Assembly (NCBI GenBank): GCA_040386535.1
Contig: JAZKFH010000042.1
Location: 195,935-259,934, forward strand
Source: Myxococcota bacterium
GTDB taxonomy: Bacteria > Myxococcota_A > UBA796 > SXON01
Direction of reading: 5' to 3'
DNA: 64,000 nucleotides
Every line of letters starts with the position of its first letter. Position 1 is the stretch's first letter. Below are positions 17,580-27,858 of the stretch, in pieces. The position numbers and the translations under genes were made by a program. Below the pieces are notes generated by a model. It had not been told where the DNA came from, searched no databases, and saw only the letters and a list, made by a program, of their open reading frames with translations.

Positions 17580-18634
17580 GAGAGGCCCAATGCCACGGAG
17601 GCCTGCTCGGTGCCGAGCACACGCGCGCGGATCTTGGTGAAGGCGGTGTCCCGCGTCGTGGAGGCGTCATCACAGAACGGCGAGAAGCCGCAGTCGTCCG
17701 TCGATCCCAGCTGAGCGATCGGGATGAACTCCGCGGCTTCGAGGACGCGGTCACGCACCTGCTCGGGCGTTTCGACCGCGGGGCTGATGGGGGCAATCAC
17801 GCCCACGAACACCATCTGACCGGGCTTCAGGTATCGACGAATGATTTTGAGGACACGACGGCGGTCGGTCTCCCCCGCCAGCGCCACGTAGAAGCGCCCC
17901 ACCTTGAGCTCGAACAGGCTCGGAAGCAGCTCCGCGTAGTCGACATCGGCGCTGTGTGTGGAGTCCCGATCCCCGCCCGGACACGTGTGCACGCCGAGCC
18001 GCGCCCGCTCGCGCTCCGAGAAGCGGGAGAGTGCGAGGTTGTTCAGCTCGATGAAGCTGCTCAGCAGGGCACCCGTGGGGTCGACCTTCATGGCGAAGCG
18101 CCCCTCCGTGAAGTCGACCTGTACACACGCGGCGCCGGCGGCGAGGCAGCGCCGCACCTCGGTCTCGTGCTCCCGGAGGAGGTCGTGCAGGAACTCCTCG
18201 CGCGAGTACCCCGGGAGCCCGGTCGCCGGGTACATCAAGCTCAAGGCCGACGGCGAGATGACCGCCTGCTTCACCGGGGCGGTCGTGTGCCCACGCACGT
18301 CTTGCAGGAACGCATCCGCGTAGCGACGGTAGCGGAACGGGCCGGAGGTCAGGCGGGGCATGCGCCGTACGTGGCCCGCCTCGAACGGGATGCGGAAGCC
18401 GTCCGGGGCGATGTTGGGGAGGCCCTCGACCGAATACGTCCAGAAATTGTGGTACTTCCGCTGCTCCCCATCGGTGATGAGGGGGGAGCCGGTGGCCTCG
18501 AAGCGCTTCACCGTGTCGAGGGTGGCCGCCGCGTACAGCGGCTCGAGCGCGGGGTGCTCCGGCCCGTACTTCTCGATGGCCTCGAGCAACGCTCGGGGGC
18601 GCGGGATGCTTCCGATCGGCTCGGTCGGAATCAT
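17576..18634 (-). CDS. Cobalamin-independent methionine synthase II family (MetE C-terminal-only) protein
   Basis: 'TEPIGSIPRP', 'ITDGEQ', and Zn ligands in 'GVHTCPG' and 'DDCGF'. Confidence 0.9.
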   Translation of the reverse strand: MIPTEPIGSIPRPRALLEAIEKYGPEHPALEPLYAAATLDTVKRFEATGSPLITDGEQRKYHNFWTYSVEGLPNIAPDGFRIPFEAGHVRRMPRLTSGPFRYRRYADAFLQDVRGHTTAPVKQAVISPSALSLMYPATGLPGYSREEFLHDLLREHETEVRRCLAAGAACVQVDFTEGRFAMKVDPTGALLSSFIELNNLALSRFSERERARLGVHTCPGGDRDSTHSADVDYAELLPSLFELKVGRFYVALAGETDRRRVLKIIRRYLKPGQMVFVGVIAPISPAVETPEQVRDRVLEAAEFIPIAQLGSTDDCGFSPFCDDASTTRDTAFTKIRARVLGTEQASVALGLS

Positions 18635-18638
18635 GGGT

Positions 18639-19016
18639 TCATCCTCGCCGAGGCAGGAGATCGCGCACCGTCTGCAACAGCTCCTCTTGCTCGAACGGCT
18701 TGGAGAGCACCGCGTCCGCCCCAAGGTGTTGCGCGGTCCGCAGGTAACCGTCCGCGACACCGAGCCGACCACCGCCCGAGCAGGCGAGGATCCGCGCCTC
18801 GGGAAACTCTCTCCGGAGGTGCACGATCGTCTCGAGCCCGTCCTGATCGGGCATGAAGATGTCGGTGATGACGAGATCCGCCGGGCTCCGGCGCTGCGCG
18901 GCGAGCCCCGCCTTCCCGTCGCTCGCGACCTCCACTTCGTACCCGGCATCCTCGAGGATCACCTGCACGAGGTCCAGCATGTCTTGGGTGTCGTCGATCA
19001 CCAGTACGCGTGGCAT
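18639..19016 (-). CDS. Single-domain response regulator
   Basis: 'RVLVIDD', 'VITDIFMP', 'SKPF'. Confidence 0.9.
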   Translation of the reverse strand: MPRVLVIDDTQDMLDLVQVILEDAGYEVEVASDGKAGLAAQRRSPADLVITDIFMPDQDGLETIVHLRREFPEARILACSGGGRLGVADGYLRTAQHLGADAVLSKPFEQEELLQTVRDLLPRRG

Positions 19017-19381
19017 CAGGTCCTGCGGTGATGTTCGGGAGTAGCACGTGAGCGGACCGACGGCCCGCCGCTCACCGTCCCCGGTGGACATCGAGCCGAT
19101 CGCGTCGAGCACGACCGATCGGAAGGGGTAGGACGTGTCCGACCATGCGACCAAGTCGCGTTGGTTCTCCTGCGACGCGGGCGCAATTTGTTCACCGTTC
19201 GCCGGCCGCCCATCGCCCGGGTGGAACGGACGCCCCACCGCACGATTCGGGGGCGCCCCGTTCCCGGGGCCCTGACTCGGGCATATCCAAGGAGGTACCG
19301 GACTCAACCACCGATCGCCGCAGTCCCCTCCAACGCGGAGGGCCAAACCCGCGCCGACGACGACCAACGGAAGGACACACG

Positions 19382-21334
19382 ATGCGTGCGCCGCTCCTCT
19401 TCCTCGCGATCCCCCTCCTCGCGACGCTGCCCATCGGCTGCACGATCGACTGGACGCTGAATCCGGTACCAGGGAACCCGAACGCGCAGGAGGACGTGAC
19501 CCCGACGCCCGATCCGCCGGTCGACACGGACCACATCCCGCCCTGGGACACGGGGCCGACCACGCCGCCGCCGGAGTGTGTGGACCGGAGCTTCTCCGGC
19601 GGGGCGATCCCGAAGCTGGACGAGTGCGCGGAGGGCGGCACCGTGATCGGCACCTTCACGCCCGAGGTCCTCTGGTCCCAGCAGACCTTCACCGCCACGC
19701 CCGGCTCGGCCAGCGTGATGATGCAGCCCGTCGTCTGCTCCCTGACGGACGACGACGGCGACGGCGACCAGGACGCCGACGATACGCCGGACGTCGTGTT
19801 CGTGACCTACTCCCCGGGCGTGCTCCGCGCGGTGTCGGGGGACGACGGGCACGAGCTCTGGGGCGCCACCGGCGTCGGCACCCTGCAGATCACCGGCGGC
19901 GTCGCGTGTGGGGACCTCGACGGGGACGGCTCGGTCGAGATCGTCGCGGCCACCGCCGGCGGGGCCGAGGCGTTCGACCACAACGGCACGTCCTTGTGGT
20001 CCTCCACCGCGTGCGCCGACTTCATCGACGGCATCTCGGACTCCCCGGGCCTCGCCGACATGGACCACGATGGGCGGTCAGAGGTCATCGTCGGCAGCTG
20101 CATCCTCGACGCGGACGGGAATGTGCTCGGCCAGGGCGAACACGGCTGGGGCAGCTCGCTCAACGTCGGCTCCAGCGGCTTCGCGGTCGACCTCGACCTG
20201 GACGGCGAGCTCGAGGTCGTCACCGGCAACGCCGCGTATTCGATCGACGGCACGGCCCTCTGGTTCAACGGGGAGCGCGACGGCTACCCCGGCATCGGCA
20301 ACTTCGACGAGGACGCCTTCGGCGAGGTCGCCGTGACCGGCAACGCCACGCTGCGCATCCAGGACGATGACGGCACCGTGCTCTGCACCGCCGCGATCCC
20401 GTCGGCGTCGAGCTCCTACGGCGGGCCGCCCACGGTGGCGGACTTCGACGCGGACGGCCAGGCCGAGATCGGCGTGGCGGCCAACTCCACCTACGTCGTG
20501 TTCGAGCGCGACTGCACCGTGTTGTGGCAGGTCACCGACACGACCGACCCGAGCTCCGGCAACACCGGCGCGAGCGTGTTCGACTTCGAGGGCGATGGTG
20601 TGGCCGATGTGGTCTACGCCGACGAGCGCTGGGTGTGGGTGTTCGACGGGCGAGACGGGTCGGTGAAGATGCAAGACGACAACCACACCAACAATACCTG
20701 GTTCGAATATCCCACCATCGCCGACGTGAACGGGGACAGCAGCGCGGACATCGTCGTCGCCAACACCCCGGGACGCTGGGGGAGCCTGCAAGGGATCACG
20801 GTATTTTCGGACGACGATCGCTCCTGGCAACCCGGACGACGCATCTGGAACCAGCATGCCTACAGCATCACCAATGTGGACGACGATGGTGGCATCCCCA
20901 TCTTCCAGGACGCGAACTGGCTCACCTACAACAACTTCCGCTCGGGGGATCTGACCCCGGGCGTGAGCCGAGCCTGGCCTGATTTGTATGTCTCGATCGA
21001 GGATGTGTGCACCGACGCCTGTGCCTGGGGCAACGTGACAGTCTGGTATACCGTCGCCAACCAGGGCTACGCCGATGTCACGAGCGACGTGTTGGTGGAT
21101 GTCTGGGGGGAGGGCGAGGTGGGGATGATCCACCTCGGCAGCAAGGTCTGGTCGGCGGACCTGCCGGCGGGTGTGGCGTCCGACTCCGAAGCGATCGAGC
21201 TCACCGGGGTGCCCATGCCCCTCACGAGCATCGTGGTCACAATCGACGGCGGCGATGCCACCTCGTTCGGGGTGGTCAGCGAGTGCTACGAGGGGAACAA
21301 CGTCGACACGTGGAACGAGGGCGTCTGCATGTAG
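19382..21334 (+). CDS. FG-GAP/VCBS-repeat beta-propeller lipoprotein with C-terminal CARDB-like domain
   Basis: Lipobox 'LPIGC', repeated DxDGDG.xE motifs, 'WNQHAYSITN', and 'PDLYV...VANQG...ECYEGNN'. Confidence 0.85.
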   Translation: MRAPLLFLAIPLLATLPIGCTIDWTLNPVPGNPNAQEDVTPTPDPPVDTDHIPPWDTGPTTPPPECVDRSFSGGAIPKLDECAEGGTVIGTFTPEVLWSQQTFTATPGSASVMMQPVVCSLTDDDGDGDQDADDTPDVVFVTYSPGVLRAVSGDDGHELWGATGVGTLQITGGVACGDLDGDGSVEIVAATAGGAEAFDHNGTSLWSSTACADFIDGISDSPGLADMDHDGRSEVIVGSCILDADGNVLGQGEHGWGSSLNVGSSGFAVDLDLDGELEVVTGNAAYSIDGTALWFNGERDGYPGIGNFDEDAFGEVAVTGNATLRIQDDDGTVLCTAAIPSASSSYGGPPTVADFDADGQAEIGVAANSTYVVFERDCTVLWQVTDTTDPSSGNTGASVFDFEGDGVADVVYADERWVWVFDGRDGSVKMQDDNHTNNTWFEYPTIADVNGDSSADIVVANTPGRWGSLQGITVFSDDDRSWQPGRRIWNQHAYSITNVDDDGGIPIFQDANWLTYNNFRSGDLTPGVSRAWPDLYVSIEDVCTDACAWGNVTVWYTVANQGYADVTSDVLVDVWGEGEVGMIHLGSKVWSADLPAGVASDSEAIELTGVPMPLTSIVVTIDGGDATSFGVVSECYEGNNVDTWNEGVCM

Positions 21335-21380
21335 GCCGGGCCTGCGTGAAGACGGGCCGGCGTGAAGAGGGACGCCCCAC

Positions 21381-24300
21381 TCACGCCAGCGCCATCTCCT
21401 TGAGGATCCCCACCAGCCCCGCCTCCCGCGCCTCGACTTCGACGATGCGCAGGAGGCGGTCGGCCGCGGGGTCCTTCTGCGTCACGAGCAGGCGCGCCAG
21501 CAGCCACCGTGCCTGCACGGCCATCTCGCGGTCTCCCAGCCGCGACGCCCAGGCGCCCGCCTTCTCCAGCCCCTCGGCGGCCTCCTCGCCGCGCACCCCG
21601 CGCAGGTAGGCGAGGAACACGTCGTTCATCACCATGCCGCGCTCCCAGCCACATTCGCGCGCGAGCTCCCGGCTCTGCTCGAAGCTGGCATACGCACGCG
21701 CGAGATCACCGATGCGCACCAACGCGTCGCCGATGTTGTGCAGGTTCACCACCTCGCCGAAGCGATAGCCCAGGCCCTGGCGCACCTGGAGCGCGCGGCG
21801 GAATTCCTCCAGCGCGTCGTGGTAGCGCCCCTCGTTGAAGTGTGCGATGCCGATGTTGTTCACGATCCGGCCGAGCAGGATGCGGTCACCCGCGATCTCG
21901 GCGTAGGGGAGCGCCTGCCGGAGCAGCTCCAGGGCGCCCTGGTTGTCATCGCGCCGGAGCTGGTGGGTCGCGAGGCCGAGCAACATCCGCGCGGCCAGCC
22001 CGCGGTCCTCCCCCGCGACACGCAGCCCCTCCTCGTAGTGGCAGCGGCCCTCCTCGGCACGCCCCTCCTCCAACGAGAGCGCGCCGAGCGCCTCGAGGCA
22101 CTGCACCTGCCCCGCCACGTCGCGCAGCCGCCGCACGAGGCCCAGCGCGGCGTCGAGGTGCGCCCGTGCCATCAGCGACTTGCCCGACGCCGCCTGGATC
22201 TGGCCGAGCGCGATCAGCGCGCGGGCCTCGTAGTCGGCGGGGCCCGCGTCGGAGACGAGATCGAGCGCGATGTGGAGCAGGTTCTCGGCGCGGGAGCGCC
22301 CCAACAACACGGCCACCTCGCCGGCGCAGAGGTGGAGCCGCGCGTCCACCCGATCGTCCTGCTGATCCTTGGGGGCCGCCCCGAACCATTGGATGCCCCG
22401 GAGGTAACACTCGAGGGCCCGGTCGAGGAATTGGGCGCGGCGGTGGGCATCGCCGGCACGACACACCGCCAACGCGGCGTCACGGACGCGCCCGCCCGCG
22501 TGACAGTGGGCAGCGTAGGACTCGGCCACCAGCTCGATGCGATCGCCGTGGATCTGCTCCATGCCGACCGCGACCATGCGGTGGTACTCGCGCCGCTGGA
22601 TGCCGAGGATGCTGCGTAGCACACATTCCCAGACGAGCACCGACGCGAACGAATAGGCGGTGTCGGGGCTGCGGCTCTCGGGCACGATGAGCCCGGCACG
22701 AACCAACTCGCCGATGAGCAGGGTGGGATCGTCGGCGCCCACCGCCGCGCCCAACAGTGGCGGCGAGAACGTGAGCCCGATGATGGCGGCCACCTGGAGC
22801 GCGCCCTTGGCGGCGGGCTCCAACGCGTCGATCCGCGCGGCGATGAGGCCCTGGAGCGTGGGCGGCAGGCCCGGATCGATGCGGGGATCTCGCAGGCGGC
22901 CCGTCGTGCCCTCGAAGAAGATGCGCCCGGCCTGGTGCAGCGCCTTGATGATCTCGGCGAGGTACAGCGGGTTGCCCTCGGCCGCCCGGCGTATCAGGCG
23001 CGTGAGATCGGGCCCGATCGCCTGGGCGCCGAGCAGATCGGCGGCCATCGCGTCCGCCTGTTCGGGGGTGAGCGGCGTGAGGACGACCTCGCGCATGTGC
23101 GCCCCGAGCGCCTCGGGCATCCGGCCGCGCCAGCTGCCCAGGAGCAGCACGGGCTCGCCCTCCGCGGCGCGAAGGAGCTGCTCGAACAAGGAGCGCTCGA
23201 GCGGGTCGAGGTACTGCAGGTCCTCGAGCATCACGATCACCGGACCGTCGGCCGCCAGCCCGCGGATGAGCCGCGCCGCCGCGGTGAGCATCGCCTCGCG
23301 TCCGGGCTCCCGCCGCTCGCCCACTTCCACGGCGAAGAGCGTCGCGATGACCGCGATGTCGGCGGGCTCCAGGTGCAGCTCGCCCAGCCGATCGAGGCGC
23401 TCGCGGATGCCGGGATGGCCCATCTCGGGTTGGATGCCGAGGATGTCACTCACCAGATCGCGGAACGGCGCGAGCGGGCGGTCGCTCCCGAACGGGATCG
23501 CGCGGCCGGAGAACACCGGGATGCCGCGGCGCCCGGCCAGCTCCCGCAGCTCGCGGAACAGCCGGGACTTGCCGACGCCGGCCTCGCCCGTGATGGCCAC
23601 CAGGGCGCCCTTTCCGTCGCGCAGCCCCGCCACCATCTCGCGGAGCACCTCGAGCTCGTCACCACGCCGGAACCACCGGCCCGCCGCCCCGCGCACGCCC
23701 GGCCGCCGCCCGCCGGAGAGCAGGAACGTGGGCCGGGTGCCGCGCGCGCCCTTGCGACGCAGCTCGGGGCCGCGGTCGAACGGGAAGCGGTCGCCCGCGA
23801 GCGCGGCCACCCGGTCGGAGACCAGCGTCGTGCCGGGCTCCGCGGCGTAGGCGAGCCGCACGCAGCCCTTGAGGGTGTCTCCTCGCGCGGCGTAGCGGAA
23901 CCGCTTCCCGAAGCGCTGGCTGACCGTCAGGTCGCCGATGTGTACGCCGACCGAGAACTCCATGGCGATGCCACGCTTGCGGAGGCGAGCGGCGAGGCGG
24001 TGGAGCTCGCGGGCGCAGATGAGGGCGCGGTCGAGATCGTCGCCGAGGGCGCGCGGGAGGCCGAAGAACACGCTCAGTGTGTCGTCGTCGAAGCGCTCCG
24101 CCACGCCACCCATACGGTCGACCAGCGTGCGCACCATCCGCAACATCCGGTAGTGGATGCGCGCGATGTCCTCGCTCTCGGCGCGCGCGGACATGTCGGT
24201 GAGCCCGTTCACCTCGGCGGTGAGCACCACGACGGAGCGACGCTCGCCGTGGGCGTTGAGCAGGCGCGGGGCGCGCTCGTCGGTGTTCCCTCCGGTGTGC

Positions 24301-25379
24301 GTGCCGCTGCCCGGCGTGCCGCCGCTGTCCGGCAGCGAGCTGCCCGAGGACTGGTCCGGCTCCACGCCGGTGTGCATGGCGTGCAGATCCTCGGCGAGGC
24401 CCTCGAGCTCGGCGGTGCCGCGTTGCCCGGCGATCTCCTCCGCGAAGAGGCGGCGCATGAGCGTGGCGCGCTGGGCGGCGTCGCCGCGGAACCCCATCTC
24501 GAAGAGCAGGGCGCGCAGGTCCTCTTCGAGGAGCGAGGCGTCCGCGTAGCGATCCGCGGGGTCCTTCGCGAGGGCGCGGGCGAGCACGGCGCGGAGGGCG
24601 TCGGGCACCTCGGCGTTGAAGGCGCGCACGTCGGGGATGTCGCACGCGATGACGGCGCGCAGCTTCTCGTCGGGGTCGCCGTCGGCGAACAGGCGGCGCC
24701 CGGCGAGCATCTCGAAGAGCACCACACCCAGCGAGAAGATGTCCGAACGCCCGTCGAGCGCCTGGCCGGAGGCCTGCTCCGGCGACATGTACGCGAACTT
24801 GCCACCGCCGGGCCGCCGCACGTCGCCCGTGTCCTTGACCGACTCGCCCATCAGGCGGGCGATGCCGAAGTCGACGAGCTTCACGTCGCCTTCGTACGAC
24901 ACCATGACGTTGTGTGGGCTCACGTCGCGATGCACGATGTGCAGGGGGCGGCCGTCGGGGGCGCTGCGGGCGTGCGCGTAGCCGAGGCCGCGGGCCACGG
25001 CGGCGGCGATGGTGACCGCGATCGGGATGGGGAGGCGCTCGCCGTTGCGGCGCAGGACGCGCAACACCTGGGTCAGGTCGCGGCCCTGGATGTACTCCAT
25101 GGCCATGTAGTGGTCATCCCCGACCTTCCCGAGGTCGAACACCTGCACGATGTTGGGGTGGCTCATCGAGACGGAGAGCTTCGCCTCGTGCACGAACATC
25201 CCGACGAACCGCGGGTTCTGGGCGAGCTCGGGGAGGATCCGCTTGATGACGAGGCGCTTCTCGAAGCCCTCCACACCGAAGCTCCGGGCCAGGAACACCT
25301 CGGCCATACCGCCCGCGGCGATCCGCTCGAGCAGCTGATAGCGCCCGAACTGTACTGGAAGCTCCATCCCTTCTTGCAT
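21381..25379 (-). CDS. Ser/Thr kinase - class III cyclase-like - STAND/AAA ATPase - TPR multidomain protein
   Basis: 'HRDVSPHN', 'DFG', 'YMSPEQ', a cyclase-like region, Walker A 'GEAGVGKS', 'LEDLQY', 'EGNPLYL' and C-terminal TPRs. Confidence 0.9.
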   Translation of the reverse strand: MQEGMELPVQFGRYQLLERIAAGGMAEVFLARSFGVEGFEKRLVIKRILPELAQNPRFVGMFVHEAKLSVSMSHPNIVQVFDLGKVGDDHYMAMEYIQGRDLTQVLRVLRRNGERLPIPIAVTIAAAVARGLGYAHARSAPDGRPLHIVHRDVSPHNVMVSYEGDVKLVDFGIARLMGESVKDTGDVRRPGGGKFAYMSPEQASGQALDGRSDIFSLGVVLFEMLAGRRLFADGDPDEKLRAVIACDIPDVRAFNAEVPDALRAVLARALAKDPADRYADASLLEEDLRALLFEMGFRGDAAQRATLMRRLFAEEIAGQRGTAELEGLAEDLHAMHTGVEPDQSSGSSLPDSGGTPGSGTHTGGNTDERAPRLLNAHGERRSVVVLTAEVNGLTDMSARAESEDIARIHYRMLRMVRTLVDRMGGVAERFDDDTLSVFFGLPRALGDDLDRALICARELHRLAARLRKRGIAMEFSVGVHIGDLTVSQRFGKRFRYAARGDTLKGCVRLAYAAEPGTTLVSDRVAALAGDRFPFDRGPELRRKGARGTRPTFLLSGGRRPGVRGAAGRWFRRGDELEVLREMVAGLRDGKGALVAITGEAGVGKSRLFRELRELAGRRGIPVFSGRAIPFGSDRPLAPFRDLVSDILGIQPEMGHPGIRERLDRLGELHLEPADIAVIATLFAVEVGERREPGREAMLTAAARLIRGLAADGPVIVMLEDLQYLDPLERSLFEQLLRAAEGEPVLLLGSWRGRMPEALGAHMREVVLTPLTPEQADAMAADLLGAQAIGPDLTRLIRRAAEGNPLYLAEIIKALHQAGRIFFEGTTGRLRDPRIDPGLPPTLQGLIAARIDALEPAAKGALQVAAIIGLTFSPPLLGAAVGADDPTLLIGELVRAGLIVPESRSPDTAYSFASVLVWECVLRSILGIQRREYHRMVAVGMEQIHGDRIELVAESYAAHCHAGGRVRDAALAVCRAGDAHRRAQFLDRALECYLRGIQWFGAAPKDQQDDRVDARLHLCAGEVAVLLGRSRAENLLHIALDLVSDAGPADYEARALIALGQIQAASGKSLMARAHLDAALGLVRRLRDVAGQVQCLEALGALSLEEGRAEEGRCHYEEGLRVAGEDRGLAARMLLGLATHQLRRDDNQGALELLRQALPYAEIAGDRILLGRIVNNIGIAHFNEGRYHDALEEFRRALQVRQGLGYRFGEVVNLHNIGDALVRIGDLARAYASFEQSRELARECGWERGMVMNDVFLAYLRGVRGEEAAEGLEKAGAWASRLGDREMAVQARWLLARLLVTQKDPAADRLLRIVEVEAREAGLVGILKEMALA

Positions 25380-25651
25380 CGCGTCCGCCGCGCCTCTCCC
25401 GCGGCGTCAGGATCGTAGACCCTCGACGGGGGCCTTGTCTTTCCTCGGATCGTGCCGCGGCGAGATCCCGCGCGGAAGCCCGGCGACAAACCGACGAGGC
25501 CGCGCTGTCAAGGGTCCGTCACGCGTTCGCCGCAGCCAGGCACGGTGGCGCGCGGCCCCAAAGCCGTGGCGCGCGCGCGGGGCACGGGTGCGCGAGTTCT
25601 TGACGACGGGGCCTCGAACGGGCATCCTCCCGCTTCGAACCGGACGAGCTC

Positions 25652-26437
25652 GTGCTGATCTTCCTGCTTGCGGCCTGCATCGAGAACGAGTTCCAGAATC
25701 CCCCGAAGGAGGCCTCGCTCGACACCGGCACGCCGGTCGAGGACACCGATCTCCCGGAGGACACCGACCTCCCGGAGGACACCGACCTCCCCGACGACAC
25801 CGACGACACCGACACGGGCGTCGCCGTGGACACGGACACCGGCGTGCCGGTCGACACGGACACGGGCGTGCCCGTCGACACGGACGAGCCGGTCGACACC
25901 GGCGTCGACACCGTGGACACGGACACGGGCGGCGACACCGACGTGGACACCAGCGACGATCCGGACACCAGCCCGCCGGGTCCCATCACGGTCGAGGGTG
26001 TCTGTGGTGGCAGCACGTGGTCGGGGTGGGCCGATCCGGAACCGGCGACGCCCGAGCTCAACGTCGTGGGCGTGTACGAGTCGGACAGCGGCTACCCGGG
26101 CCCCGCCTACGTGACCGTGCGCCGCGCCGAGGAGATGGTCCTCGTGCTCACGAGCTACTCGGCGGTCGATTGGCAGGTCGAGCTGGCCGCCGGCACCAAC
26201 GTCACCAGCGTGGTCGTCTCCTCGTACGACGTGTCCTCGGTCACCTTCACGTCCGCCACCACCGCCCCGGTCTCCTACGTGGGCTGGATCGGCGCATGCG
26301 CGTACGAGATCCCCGACACGAGCCCCACGAGCGGCTGCGAGACGCCCGACCTCGAAGCGGCGGTCGAGACGATGTCCGGCCTGGCGATGAGCAGCTTCCA
26401 GGGCTGCTACGCTGGCGGGGAGTTCGCGGTCGAGTGA
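25652..26437 (+). CDS. Lipoprotein with EDTD/VDTDTG acidic repeats
   Basis: Lipobox 'LLAAC', tandem 18- and 24-bp repeats, and a C-terminal globular domain. Confidence 0.8.
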   Translation: MLIFLLAACIENEFQNPPKEASLDTGTPVEDTDLPEDTDLPEDTDLPDDTDDTDTGVAVDTDTGVPVDTDTGVPVDTDEPVDTGVDTVDTDTGGDTDVDTSDDPDTSPPGPITVEGVCGGSTWSGWADPEPATPELNVVGVYESDSGYPGPAYVTVRRAEEMVLVLTSYSAVDWQVELAAGTNVTSVVVSSYDVSSVTFTSATTAPVSYVGWIGACAYEIPDTSPTSGCETPDLEAAVETMSGLAMSSFQGCYAGGEFAVE

Positions 26438-26450
26438 CGACCGGGCGTGC

Positions 26451-27830
26451 CTAAGCGGCCGCGGCTGTCGTCGCGGACGTGTCGGCAGCGCGCGGGCGCA
26501 CGAACGGGAGGAGGAGCAGGAACAGGAGCCCCATCCCGCAGTCGGCGAGCAGCACCTGGGGCAGCGTGAGCCCCCAGCCCCCGTCCACCAGCGGCGTGAG
26601 CGCCTCGCCCTGCCACCAGTACGAGTACATCGTCACGAGGTTCAGGAGCGCCATCGACGCGGTGAACTGCGTGGCGGCGATCTTCGGCTCGGCGATGTCC
26701 ATGTACAGCGCGCTGCGTACGCCGTACATCAGCCCCACGAACACGGCGAACACCATGCCCGCGGCGCACCAGTCCCAGATGAGGCCCTCCGCGCGCGGCC
26801 AGGTGCCGTCCGCCAACGCCGCGGGCGCCACGAGCCACCCCGCCGCGTGGAAGCGCCACGCCAGCCACAACGTCGGCAACACCGTGCCCGACGCGAACAT
26901 CGCCAGCGACAGGCGGCGGCCCCACCGGTCCGACAACGCGCCGCCGGTGACACACGCGATCGCGAACACGATCGAGCTCGCGAAGCCGAGCCCGGCGATC
27001 TCGTCGTCCGTCATGCCGAGCGTGGGGGTGATGACGTTGCTGACCGTGAGGGAGAGCGCCATGCCGCCCGCGGGGAGCAGCGCGAGCAGGAGCCCCAGAA
27101 AGCCCGTGCGGGTCGTGAAGAACACGCGCCCGACCGTCCTGGCGTAGTCCGCGATCTCGGTGGCGACAGCGCCCAGCCCGCGGGCCTGCTCCTCGACGTG
27201 GGTGGCCAGCCCCTTCTCCGCCACGAAGCGGAGCATCATCCCGAAGATCACCAGCAGGCACCCCGGCACGACGAGGCTCGCGAGCGGGAAGCCGAAGACC
27301 CCCTTGAGCGCGACCACCCCCGAGCCGCCGAGCGCGATCCCGAGCTGCGCGCCGCCGAACATCAGCCCGTTGGCGCGCCCCCGCTCGCTGTCCGTGAGGA
27401 CGGACACCGCGAGCGCGTCGATCGCGACGTCCTGGCACGCGGCGAACAGGTTGTGCGCGACGAACAGGGTCGTGAACAGGCCCAGGCCCACCACCGCGCC
27501 GTCCGCCCCCACCGCCTTCGGGAACATCGCCATCGCCAGCGCGAGCGTGACCAGCATGCCAGTCTGCATCGCGACGATCCACTGGCTGCGACGCCCGAAG
27601 CGCGGCAGGTGGAGGTTGTCGACGAAGGGGCCGAACATCCACTTCCAGGCCCACGGCGCCAGGATCGTGGCGGCGAAGAGCGAGAGCGCGTCGGCGCTCA
27701 TGCCCATGCGCTTGAACTCGAGCATCACGGCGACAGTGGCGAAGCCCTGCGGCAGCCCCTCGCCTACGTAGAGGAGGGTGAACGCCGTGAGCCGACCGTT
27801 CGGCGTCGCGAGCAGGTTCAGGTTTCGCAT
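26451..27830 (-). CDS. AmpG-family MFS transporter
   Basis: 'LYVGEGLPQGF', 'PWAWKWMFGPFVD..GRR..WI', 'ACQDVAIDA', 'ATQFT...LLN'. Confidence 0.85.
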   Translation of the reverse strand: MRNLNLLATPNGRLTAFTLLYVGEGLPQGFATVAVMLEFKRMGMSADALSLFAATILAPWAWKWMFGPFVDNLHLPRFGRRSQWIVAMQTGMLVTLALAMAMFPKAVGADGAVVGLGLFTTLFVAHNLFAACQDVAIDALAVSVLTDSERGRANGLMFGGAQLGIALGGSGVVALKGVFGFPLASLVVPGCLLVIFGMMLRFVAEKGLATHVEEQARGLGAVATEIADYARTVGRVFFTTRTGFLGLLLALLPAGGMALSLTVSNVITPTLGMTDDEIAGLGFASSIVFAIACVTGGALSDRWGRRLSLAMFASGTVLPTLWLAWRFHAAGWLVAPAALADGTWPRAEGLIWDWCAAGMVFAVFVGLMYGVRSALYMDIAEPKIAATQFTASMALLNLVTMYSYWWQGEALTPLVDGGWGLTLPQVLLADCGMGLLFLLLLPFVRPRAADTSATTAAAA

Positions 27831-27858
27831 GCGGGCTCCGGGGCGTGGGAGGGGAACC

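Noticed and set aside
14712..17714. 1000-aa plus-strand ORF and similar long antisense ORFs (e.g. 50726-54892, 22935-25418, 39322-41565)
   Set aside because: Shadow ORFs opposite well-supported genes, expected in high-GC DNA.
17576..18634. Assigning the symbol metE
   Set aside because: Only the single C-terminal barrel is present and the context does not support methionine synthesis.
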